Origin: an uncultured Lachnospiraceae bacterium
GTDB lineage: Bacteria > Bacillota > Clostridia > Lachnospirales > Lachnospiraceae
Reading direction: 5' to 3'
NCBI GenBank assembly: GCA_910584695.1
Contig: CAJUBR010000003.1
Span: 8,545-72,544 of the forward strand
Length of the DNA: 64,000 bases
The translations under genes and the position numbers were made by a program. The notes under the pieces were generated by a model, which was not told the DNA's origin, ran no database searches, and saw only the letters and a program-made list of their open reading frames with translations. Positions 56,644 through 64,000 of the stretch are shown piece by piece (position 1 is the first letter of the stretch; each line of letters opens with the position of its first letter).

Positions 56644-58178
56644 ACGACATCGTCACCTCCATGATAAAAATCAGACAGACGGTACGATAATGCCTCCCAT
56701 ATATGCTGGCATTTTACGGCATCCGAATGATCCAGATCTGCAATAGTTCTTGCAACCTTTAAGACCTTAGAGGCCCCTCTTGCAGACAAACCATATTGCT
56801 GAAACGTTTCCTTCCGAAGTGCTTTTTCCTCTCTGCCAAGAGCACATACATTTTCCAATATATTAGAAGGAATCTGCGAATTATATAAAATTCCAAAGGG
56901 TTTTAATCTCCTTTTTTGAACTTCCTGAGCCAACACCACCCTCCGTTTGATCTCTTCTGACGTTTCTTCCTTCTTTTCACTATAAAGCTCTTCATAATCA
57001 ACCTTTTTTACCGATATATTCATATCCATCCGGTCTAACATCGGCTCTGATATTTTTTTCAGATAACGGTCAATCTGCGGTCTGGCACAATGACATCTGG
57101 ACAAATCCGGATAAAAACCACAGGGACAGGGATTCATAGCTGCTACAAGCATGAATTCACAAGGAAATGTATAACTTCCCTGAAGTCTCGATATGGTAAC
57201 GCTTCCGTCCTCTAGAGGCTGGCGCATCATTTCGATGATATTTTTCTGAAATTCCAGAAATTCATCCAAAAACAGCACCCCGTGATGTGCTAAGCTGATT
57301 TCTCCCGGCTTGGGGACTTTTCCTCCACCGATAAGGGCATGTGCCGTTATGGAATGGTGCGGCATACGGAACGGACGCCGTTTCATCAGACCAGACTCCG
57401 GCTCTAACATGCCGCTTACACTGTAAACCTTTGTTATTTCGATACTTTCTTCATAAGAAAGTTCCGGCATGATTGTCGGAATCCGTTTTGCTATCATGGA
57501 TTTTCCTGCTCCGGGAGGCCCCAAATATAAAATGTTGTGCATTCCGGTCACTGCAATCTCTGTTGCCCTTTTTAAGGTTCTCTGTCCTTTTACATCCGAA
57601 AAATCAACTGAAAATGACGGTTCCTTTAAATGTTCATGACGGCGGAAGGTTTCCGGTTCCATGCATGAATTTCCCGATAGATGTTCCACAACCTGTTTGA
57701 GGCTCTTTGCACCAAAAATTTCTACATCCGGTATAAAAGAGGCTTCTTTCCGGTTTCCATAGGGAAGGATCACCGTCCGGATGCCTTGCTTTCTTGCAAA
57801 ATCCACAATGGGTAAAATTCCTCTCACTCCCCGGATATCTCCGTTTAACGACAATTCACCGATTAACAGGGTATTTCTTAAACCTTCTTCCGGGATATAA
57901 CCGTATGCCGCCAATAATGCAATGCTGATGGGTAAATCAAAAAAAGAACCTTCTTTCCGCACATCTGCGGGAGACAGATTCACGGTTATCCTCTTTGGCG
58001 GAACCAGATATCCTGCGTTTTTCAAAGCAGTTTTCACACGGTCGCTCGCCTCCCGGACTTCAGATGCTAAAAAGCCTACCATATTAAATACTGGCAGCCC
58101 TTCGCTTACATCGGCTTCCACTGTAATGAGCGTTCCCTCCACTCCATGCAGTGTGCCGCTTAGAACTTGACGATACAT
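56640..58178 (-). CDS. comM: YifB/ComM-family Mg-chelatase-like AAA+ ATPase
   Basis: ORF 56640..58262 trimmed to MYRQVLSGTLHGVEG (AGGAG 5 nt upstream). It has a Lon-like N-domain, Walker A GPPGAGKSM and LFLDEF. Confidence 0.9.
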   Translation of the reverse strand: MYRQVLSGTLHGVEGTLITVEADVSEGLPVFNMVGFLASEVREASDRVKTALKNAGYLVPPKRITVNLSPADVRKEGSFFDLPISIALLAAYGYIPEEGLRNTLLIGELSLNGDIRGVRGILPIVDFARKQGIRTVILPYGNRKEASFIPDVEIFGAKSLKQVVEHLSGNSCMEPETFRRHEHLKEPSFSVDFSDVKGQRTLKRATEIAVTGMHNILYLGPPGAGKSMIAKRIPTIMPELSYEESIEITKVYSVSGMLEPESGLMKRRPFRMPHHSITAHALIGGGKVPKPGEISLAHHGVLFLDEFLEFQKNIIEMMRQPLEDGSVTISRLQGSYTFPCEFMLVAAMNPCPCGFYPDLSRCHCARPQIDRYLKKISEPMLDRMDMNISVKKVDYEELYSEKKEETSEEIKRRVVLAQEVQKRRLKPFGILYNSQIPSNILENVCALGREEKALRKETFQQYGLSARGASKVLKVARTIADLDHSDAVKCQHIWEALSYRLSDFYHGGDDVV

Positions 58179-58273
58179 AAAAACTCCTATTCCATCTTCA
58201 AGTATGAACAGATTCATTGTAACGGATAAATCCAAAATAAGCAATGAAAATTTTATTTTCATTGCTTATTCGT

Positions 58274-58723
58274 CTAATTTAATAACTTTTTCAACTCATC
58301 CATAAAAATATTTACATCCTTGAATTCACGATATACAGAGGCAAAACGTACATATGCCACCGGATCGAGATTCTTTATCTCATCCATTACCAGCTCACCA
58401 ACCACCGTGCTTTCCACTTCCTTTTGCTCCAGATTAAAAACTGCCGTTTCAATCCTGTCAATACATTTTTCAATCTCCTCTAATGAAATCGGCCGCTTAT
58501 GGCAGGATTTGATCACACCGGACTCAATCTTGGACCGGTCATAGGCTTCTCTCGTCTTATCCTTTTTTATGATAATAAGCGGTATCGTCTCCACTTTCTC
58601 ATAGGTTGTAAAACGTTTGCTGCAATCATCACATTCTCTTCTTCTCCGAATGGAACTGTTATCGTCTGCCGGTCTTGAATCAATTACCCTTGTATTGTCT
58701 TCTCCACAATATGGACATTTCAT
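58274..58723 (-). CDS. nrdR: Ribonucleotide reductase repressor NrdR
   Basis: MKCPYCG...C..C zinc ribbon plus an ATP-cone. 149 aa. Confidence 0.95.
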   Translation of the reverse strand: MKCPYCGEDNTRVIDSRPADDNSSIRRRRECDDCSKRFTTYEKVETIPLIIIKKDKTREAYDRSKIESGVIKSCHKRPISLEEIEKCIDRIETAVFNLEQKEVESTVVGELVMDEIKNLDPVAYVRFASVYREFKDVNIFMDELKKLLN

Positions 58724-58756
58724 ACGTGTATCCTCCTGCCTTATCTGTAATTTAAG

Positions 58757-59017
58757 TCAGCAGTCTTCTTTCATGATTGCTGCCTCCAAGTTCACATCTA
58801 CTAATATTATGTCCGGTCCAATCCGCACTACATCACAAAACCGGATATAGTATCTGATACATTTTCCAAAACAGGAAAAAAAACGAACAGGTGCCGGAAC
58901 AATCAACGCACAAATCTGACCGTTACACGAATCAAACTCAATATCGGCCACACAGCCTATTCTCTTACAATCCTTACAATTAATCACTTCTTTTTGTCTT
59001 AAATCAAGAAATGTCAT
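58757..59017 (-). CDS. ylmC: YlmC/YmxH-family PRC-barrel protein
   Basis: 86 aa. The L.LRQKEVIN..DC.RIG.V.DIEFD...G.I.ALIVP pattern is characteristic of YlmC/YmxH. Confidence 0.85.
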   Translation of the reverse strand: MTFLDLRQKEVINCKDCKRIGCVADIEFDSCNGQICALIVPAPVRFFSCFGKCIRYYIRFCDVVRIGPDIILVDVNLEAAIMKEDC

Positions 59018-59143
59018 AACCGTCCCCTATGCATCCTTATAACAATATATGGAACGTGATTGGAAAATAGACGTATCAATTGTGTATTTACATAATATGT
59101 TTACATTGGAATTATACATGATTTCCCCAAAAAAATCTACCCC

Positions 59144-59935
59144 TTAAAGTATAATTTTAACCGGGCATTTTTCCTTACAAACACCACAATGTGTACATTT
59201 TTCCTGATCAATATATGCAAGATTATCCTCTACGGTAATCGCATTCGAAGGACAGTTTCTGGCACATAAGCCGCATCCAATACAGCCGGCCTGACAGACC
59301 TTCTTAACTTCTACTCCTTTGTCCTTAGAACTGCATTTCACATGACAGACCGCCTCTGCCGGCATTAGTTCAATCAAATGCTTCGGGCATTCTGCTATAC
59401 ATTTTCCACAGGCTTTACATTTGTCCGGATCCACAACCGCAACTCCATCAATGATATCAATGGCATCAAAAGGACATACATTCCTACAGCTTCCGAATCC
59501 GGTACACCCATAGATACATGCTTTTGCACCACCACCAGGATGATTCATCGCAAACCTGCAGTCTTTTGGTCCTATATAGTCATAATTGTCCTTCGTCTTT
59601 TCACAGGTTCCGGCACATTTTACATATGCTGTCATTTTCACAGACTCTCCTGCATCCACACCAAGAATCTCACTGATTGCTTTTGCACAGGCTTCACCAC
59701 CCACCGGACATCCATTTACCGGAGCTTCCCTTTTTGCAATCGCGGCAGCCAGCCCGTCACACCCCGGAAAGCCACAGCCTCCGCAGTTATTTCCGGGCAG
59801 GCACGCTCTTACCGCAATCTCCTTTTCATCTACTTCCACTGCAAACTTTTCACCGGCAATCCCAAGCAGAATTCCAATTATGGCACCGGTTCCTCCAACC
59901 ACCGCCGTGGCAATTAAAACTGATACAATACTCAT
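59144..59935 (-). CDS. rnfB: Rnf complex subunit B (polyferredoxin)
   Basis: N-terminal TM helix, the CGGCGFPGC cluster, and several CxxCxxCxxxCP 4Fe-4S motifs. Confidence 0.93.
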   Translation of the reverse strand: MSIVSVLIATAVVGGTGAIIGILLGIAGEKFAVEVDEKEIAVRACLPGNNCGGCGFPGCDGLAAAIAKREAPVNGCPVGGEACAKAISEILGVDAGESVKMTAYVKCAGTCEKTKDNYDYIGPKDCRFAMNHPGGGAKACIYGCTGFGSCRNVCPFDAIDIIDGVAVVDPDKCKACGKCIAECPKHLIELMPAEAVCHVKCSSKDKGVEVKKVCQAGCIGCGLCARNCPSNAITVEDNLAYIDQEKCTHCGVCKEKCPVKIIL

Positions 59936-59947
59936 ACCGTCATCCTC

Positions 59948-60523
59948 CTATTTTATCAGACCGGAAAACCCAAAAAAGGCCATCGCCATAAGTCCTGCAG
60001 TTACCAATACAATGGGTGTTCCTTTAAAAGACTCCGGAACATCATTATATTCAATCTTTTCACGAATGCCGGCCATAATCACAATCGCAACCGTAAATCC
60101 AAGGGCTGTACCAAAACCATTGATCACCGATTCCAGAAATCCGTAAGACTTCTGGACATTAATCAGTGCAACACCCAATACTGCACAGTTTGTTGTAATC
60201 AGGGGCAGATATACTCCAAGTGCGGAATATAAAGACGGCATCCCCTTTTTTAAAAACATCTCTACGAACTGAACCAGTGCTGCAATCACCAGAATAAACA
60301 CGATTGTTTGAAGATAAGTAATATTTAACGGCACCAGAATCAATTTATAAATCAGACTGGCCACGGCAGATGCAATGGTAATGACAAAAATAACGGCACC
60401 TCCCATACCTGCAGCGGTATTCACCTTTTTTGAAACACCAATAAACGGACAAAGTCCCAAAAACTGGCTTAACACTACATTATTTACGAACGCTGCCCCC
60501 ACGGCAATTAAAAATAGATTCAT
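59948..60523 (-). CDS. rnfA: Rnf complex subunit A
   Basis: 191 aa with 6 TM helices and the N-terminal FVNNVVLSQFLGLCPF pattern. Confidence 0.93.
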   Translation of the reverse strand: MNLFLIAVGAAFVNNVVLSQFLGLCPFIGVSKKVNTAAGMGGAVIFVITIASAVASLIYKLILVPLNITYLQTIVFILVIAALVQFVEMFLKKGMPSLYSALGVYLPLITTNCAVLGVALINVQKSYGFLESVINGFGTALGFTVAIVIMAGIREKIEYNDVPESFKGTPIVLVTAGLMAMAFFGFSGLIK

Positions 60524-60756
60524 CTTCTACGCCTCCTTCGCAATGTACGGTTTAATTTCGCAGTTTCACGTCTTGAGAGAGCCTTTTTACGGCGTTCCAC
60601 TGCCTGCTGTCTTCGTAATTCTTTAATTTTATGACGTCTTAGCCGGTGCATCCACATACGTCTTTTCTTTTCATGTCTGACAAACCTTCGCTGGTGGTCT
60701 TTCAATCTACGGATTTTCCTTTGCAATACTCTCCTTTTTTGCTCAACAGATGCCAT
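60520..60756 (-). CDS. Extremely basic 78-aa protein (26 Arg, 10 Lys), encoded between rnfE and rnfA; no recognisable family
   Basis: The ORF exactly fills the rnfE-rnfA gap. Its ATG overlaps the rnfE stop (TGATG) and is preceded by AAGGAGG with a 7-nt spacer. Its stop overlaps the rnfA ATG (ATGA). It has no TM segment and an amphipathic-helix-like spacing of hydrophobic residues. Confidence 0.6.
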   Translation of the reverse strand: MASVEQKRRVLQRKIRRLKDHQRRFVRHEKKRRMWMHRLRRHKIKELRRQQAVERRKKALSRRETAKLNRTLRRRRRR

Positions 60757-61475
60757 CAGGATTCCTCCTTTTCCCTCTCAACATTTTCCATTGTAAAAGT
60801 TTTCCCTTCACAAAGAGTATTCGTGCATCCTTCACATCCACTCTCCTTACCGCAAACCGTTACAGACACTCCCGCTTTCTTTGCTTTGCTGCTACGTACC
60901 TTATTCTGCACCGCAATCAGACATGCCAGTACAAAAAACGCTCCCGGAGCAAGAATCAGAATGGTAACCGGCTCATAACTGCCAGGCATGATCCTGATCC
61001 CAAAAACAGTACCGTTTCCAAACAGTTCACGAAAAATTCCAATCAGCGTCAGTCCAACGGTAAATCCAAGTCCCATGCCGATTCCGTCAAACATGGATAA
61101 CCATATATTATTCTTAGATGCGTAACTTTCTGCCCTTCCTAAAATGATACAATTTACGACAATCAGCGGAATATAAATTCCTAAACTGTCATATAATGAA
61201 GGAACAAATCCTTCCAGCAAAAACTGTACAATCGTTACAAAGGAAGCGACAATTACAATATATGCCGGTATCCTTACCTTATCCGGTATTGCATTACGAA
61301 GTGCAGAAATCATCATATTACTTAAAATCAAGATTACGGTTGTGGTAAGACCCATACCCAGACCATTGACAGCAGATGTCGTAACCGCCATCGTCGGACA
61401 CATACCTAACATCTGCACAAAGGTAGGATTTTCGGTAATCATGCCGCATTTTAAACGTTCTAATGTCTTATTCAT
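60756..61475 (-). CDS. rnfE: Rnf complex subunit E with an unusual Cys-rich C-terminal extension
   Basis: The typical RnfE/NqrD-like core (NPTFVQMLGMCPT) is followed by a 47-aa hydrophilic tail containing CGKESGCEGCTNTLC. Confidence 0.9.
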   Translation of the reverse strand: MNKTLERLKCGMITENPTFVQMLGMCPTMAVTTSAVNGLGMGLTTTVILILSNMMISALRNAIPDKVRIPAYIVIVASFVTIVQFLLEGFVPSLYDSLGIYIPLIVVNCIILGRAESYASKNNIWLSMFDGIGMGLGFTVGLTLIGIFRELFGNGTVFGIRIMPGSYEPVTILILAPGAFFVLACLIAVQNKVRSSKAKKAGVSVTVCGKESGCEGCTNTLCEGKTFTMENVEREKEES

Positions 61476-61486
61476 CTTCCCACCTC

Positions 61487-62083
61487 CTATTTATCCAATC
61501 TACTGATGTAATAAAGAGCTGCATTTACACCATTTGTCACTGCGTTCGTCGTTATGGTTGCACCGGAAAGGGCATCAATCTCGTTATCCCCGGATGCACC
61601 GTTTTTTGTGTAAGTAAAAGATTTTGCTTTCTTCCCTGCAAACTGATTCTTAAAATCATCTTCCTGTGCCTTCATTCCCAGACCTGCCGTTTCACTGATA
61701 GACAGGAATGAAATCCCATTTACTGTTCCGTCTGATTTTACCCCCATCGCAAACCGGATATCTCCACCATATCCTTCATGATCCGTTACCGTAAGCACAT
61801 ACCCTGCAGGGTCTCCGTCTTTGTCTAAGACCTTCATTGCCTCATCTATGGAAGCATCAAATCCCTTTTTTTTCAGTTCTCCTTCTATCTTTTGTTTCTC
61901 TATCTCGATCTCCTCAAAGGTACCGGCATCTGCAAACACCTCCTGATATGCTTCCTCCTTAGCATGTCTTTGCTGTGTGGCAATGGGTTCTTTCGTAATC
62001 TCATAAACCAATCCTAATAAGAGTCCCGCCACTACCGTAATGAACATCAGGGAAATCGTATTTTTTATGCTTTCGCCAGTCAT
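61487..62083 (-). CDS. rnfG: Rnf complex subunit G (FMN-binding)
   Basis: N-terminal TM helix and the flavinylation motif DALSGATITTNAV. Confidence 0.92.
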   Translation of the reverse strand: MTGESIKNTISLMFITVVAGLLLGLVYEITKEPIATQQRHAKEEAYQEVFADAGTFEEIEIEKQKIEGELKKKGFDASIDEAMKVLDKDGDPAGYVLTVTDHEGYGGDIRFAMGVKSDGTVNGISFLSISETAGLGMKAQEDDFKNQFAGKKAKSFTYTKNGASGDNEIDALSGATITTNAVTNGVNAALYYISRLDK

Positions 62084-63027
62084 TTTTTTGCCTCCTTTCC
62101 AAATGCTTTTGGAACGGTTACACGCTCAATTAAAGGCACTAACAGATTGCTGATAATAATCGCATAAGAAACACCTTCCGCCGAACCTCCAAATATGCGG
62201 AATAAAAAAGTCAGCAATCCAAGTAAAATACCAAAGACCACCTTACCATTTGGAGTAATCGGTGATGTCACATAATCTGTCGCCATAAAAAATGCACCAA
62301 GCATTAACCCTCCACCAAATAGGTGTGCCATTAAAAAAGAAAAATCCAATCCTCTTCCCGATGCCAGCGAATAAATCAAAATCAATATTGCAAAAGAACC
62401 GATATAAAATACCGGAATCCGGTAATTAATAATTTTTCTCACAAGCAAAAACATACCGCCGATCAATAATGCAAGGGCAGAGGTTTCTCCTATCGTACCT
62501 GCCGTTGTTCCCAAAAACATGGACATTACATCAACACTTTCACCGGCTTTCAAATCTGCCAGAGGAGTTGCGGTGGTCACCGCATCATATGTAAATGCCG
62601 TCATGTGTCCGGTAAAAGAAATCAGCAAAAAGCACCTTGCCCCCAGTGCTGGATTCATAAAATTCTGCCCCAGACCTCCGAATAGCTGTTTCACTACGAC
62701 AATTGCAAAAAAACTCCCCAAAACCGGAAGCCAGAACGGAACTTCCGGTGGCAGATTTAATGCCAGCAAAAGACCGGTAAGTGCAGCCGATAAATCCTTA
62801 ACCGTAACCTTTAAGCCTAACAGCTTTTGAAATCCCGCTTCAAAAATCACACAGCTGATTACGGTAATTAAAACCGTAACCAAAGCACGGACTCCAAAAT
62901 TATAAACACCAAAAATGGTGGCAGGCATTAAAAATACAATGACTTGTCCCATTATATTTGTAGTTGTTTCCTTATCCCTGATATGTGGGGAAGAAGAAAT
63001 TTTCATTGTCTGTTCCAAAATGTCCAC
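62080..63027 (-). CDS. rnfD: Rnf complex subunit D
   Basis: 315 aa, polytopic, with an SSPHIR start region and a TTATPLA motif region. It overlaps rnfG by 4 nt. Confidence 0.93.
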   Translation of the reverse strand: MDILEQTMKISSSPHIRDKETTTNIMGQVIVFLMPATIFGVYNFGVRALVTVLITVISCVIFEAGFQKLLGLKVTVKDLSAALTGLLLALNLPPEVPFWLPVLGSFFAIVVVKQLFGGLGQNFMNPALGARCFLLISFTGHMTAFTYDAVTTATPLADLKAGESVDVMSMFLGTTAGTIGETSALALLIGGMFLLVRKIINYRIPVFYIGSFAILILIYSLASGRGLDFSFLMAHLFGGGLMLGAFFMATDYVTSPITPNGKVVFGILLGLLTFLFRIFGGSAEGVSYAIIISNLLVPLIERVTVPKAFGKEAKK

Positions 63028-63030
63028 CTC

Positions 63031-64000
63031 CTATTTCTTCCTGTCTGCCAGAATCTGTTTACGGGTGCCTGCAATCGTCTGGGTCAGATGACGTTTTGCC
63101 GGACACACAAAAGAACAGCATCCGCATTCACAACATTCCATACCTTCATATTTCAAAAATTCATCTATTCTTCCCTGACTTGCCAAAGTAGCCAGTTTAT
63201 TCGGCATAACCTGTCCCGGACAAACCTCAACACATCTGCCGCATCGGATGCAATTTGATGGCTCCACCTCAGACACAATGTCTTCCTTGAAACAAAGCAG
63301 TGCAGAAGATCCCTTTACAACCGGTACATCCAACGTAAACATTGCCTTTCCCATCATAGGACCTCCGGAAATAATCTTACCCGGATCTTCAATATTAAAA
63401 CCGCCTACCGCATCAATCAATTCCCTTGCATTGGTTCCTAACCGGACACGGAAATTCGCCGTATCCTTTACTGCATCTCCCGTTACGGTCACGATCCGCT
63501 CATAAAGCGGTCTTCCCTCAATAACTGCATTATAAATCGCTACAATCGTATCGATATTATGGACAATGCATCCGGCATCTGCCGGGAGCATACCGGAATG
63601 AATCTTCCTTCCAGTGTTTGCAAAAATCAACTGCCGTTCCGCTCCCTGAGGATATTTTGTTTTTACTGCATTTACCGTAATATTGTCAATATTCTTTGTC
63701 AGGTCCGTCAATACCTTAATCGCTTTCGGCTTGTTATCCTCAATGGCAATGATGCCTTTTACATGGTCAAATAAATTGATTACAATCTGAAGACCCGTTA
63801 CAATTTTTTCCGGAACCTCAAGCATCCTCCGGTAATCGGATGTTAAATACGGCTCGCATTCGGCTCCATTCACAATAATAGTATCGATTGTCTCTTCCTT
63901 CTTTGGGGAAAGCTTAACGTGTGTCGGAAATCCGGCTCCACCCATTCCGACAATACCGGCTTCCTTAATCACATCCTTTACATCCTCTCTGTACATCTGT
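63031..64000 (-). CDS. rnfC: Rnf complex subunit C, C-terminal about 320 aa (N-terminus beyond the window end)
   Basis: GMGGAGFPTHVKL NADH/FMN site and two ferredoxin motifs, CIRCGRCVEVCP and CCECGCCSFVCP. The reading frame is open to position 64000. Confidence 0.92.
   Translation of the reverse strand, partial: QMYREDVKDVIKEAGIVGMGGAGFPTHVKLSPKKEETIDTIIVNGAECEPYLTSDYRRMLEVPEKIVTGLQIVINLFDHVKGIIAIEDNKPKAIKVLTDLTKNIDNITVNAVKTKYPQGAERQLIFANTGRKIHSGMLPADAGCIVHNIDTIVAIYNAVIEGRPLYERIVTVTGDAVKDTANFRVRLGTNARELIDAVGGFNIEDPGKIISGGPMMGKAMFTLDVPVVKGSSALLCFKEDIVSEVEPSNCIRCGRCVEVCPGQVMPNKLATLASQGRIDEFLKYEGMECCECGCCSFVCPAKRHLTQTIAGTRKQILADRKK

Noticed and set aside
59378-60146. Long plus-strand ORFs (179, 186 and 104 aa) antisense to rnfB and rnfA.
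   Set aside because: They mirror the Cys/Gly/Ala-rich, relatively GC-rich rnfB coding sequence. Their products are low-complexity, they lack an RBS, and the opposite strand carries unmistakable ferredoxin motifs.
1-64000. Looked for a defence island, prophage, IS/transposon, integrase, toxin-antitoxin pair, CRISPR array, and tRNA or rRNA genes.
   Set aside because: Every ORF above about 100 aa has a housekeeping, flagellar, chemotaxis or simple accessory interpretation. There are no nuclease/ATPase/methylase-type defence signatures, no terminal inverted repeats shared between loci, no spaced direct repeats, and no cloverleaf-like segments in the few spacers over 100 nt.

Overview
The window is a 64-kb chromosomal segment from a low-GC, motile, anaerobic Firmicute. 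It is probably a Clostridia/Lachnospiraceae-like organism; this is inferred from gene content and order, since no database search was possible. I call 74 CDS, 73 of them on the minus strand, with very tight packing.

Layout:
- (1) 1-3.6 kb: a CoA/pantothenate cluster, in transcription order PanG-like reductase, panB, panC, panD, coaBC.
- (2) 3.8-9.8 kb: a loosely accessory stretch. It holds a receiver-less LytTR regulator with two small membrane proteins, a DUF2935-like protein, an orphan ZnuA-like lipoprotein flanked by a tiny helical protein and a YhfC-like membrane protein, and the only plus-strand gene (a short S8 protease).
- (3) 9.8-17.7 kb: housekeeping and miscellaneous genes (UvrD-like helicase, gltX, SEC-C protein, rarA, single-domain receiver, TetR, hypothetical).
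- (4) 17.9-52.5 kb: a roughly 35-kb Bacillus/Clostridium-type fla/che cluster. It runs from flgB to fliA and continues with fapA and three uncharacterised genes. It includes flbD-motAB, a PilZ brake protein and cheBAWCD.
- (5) 52.6-59.0 kb: codY, topA, dprA, comM, nrdR, ylmC.
- (6) 59.1-64.0 kb: an rnfCDGEAB operon, with rnfC truncated at the window edge.

I found no rRNA, tRNA, CRISPR array, transposase, integrase, phage gene or recognisable defence genes. I do not see a convincing new multi-gene system.

The signals most worth following up:
- (a) Two hairpins (9722-9803 and 1749-1878) have unrelated stems but share a 24-nt loop that is 21/24 identical.
- (b) A 78-aa ORF with 46% Arg+Lys is translationally coupled between rnfE and rnfA, next to a Cys-rich tail on RnfE.
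- (c) A flgD-flgE hook module appears to be nested in the fla/che cluster. It is bounded by a repeat-rich promoter-like spacer and an intrinsic terminator.

Start codons were refined by eye from RBS context, and family names rest on motif recognition only.
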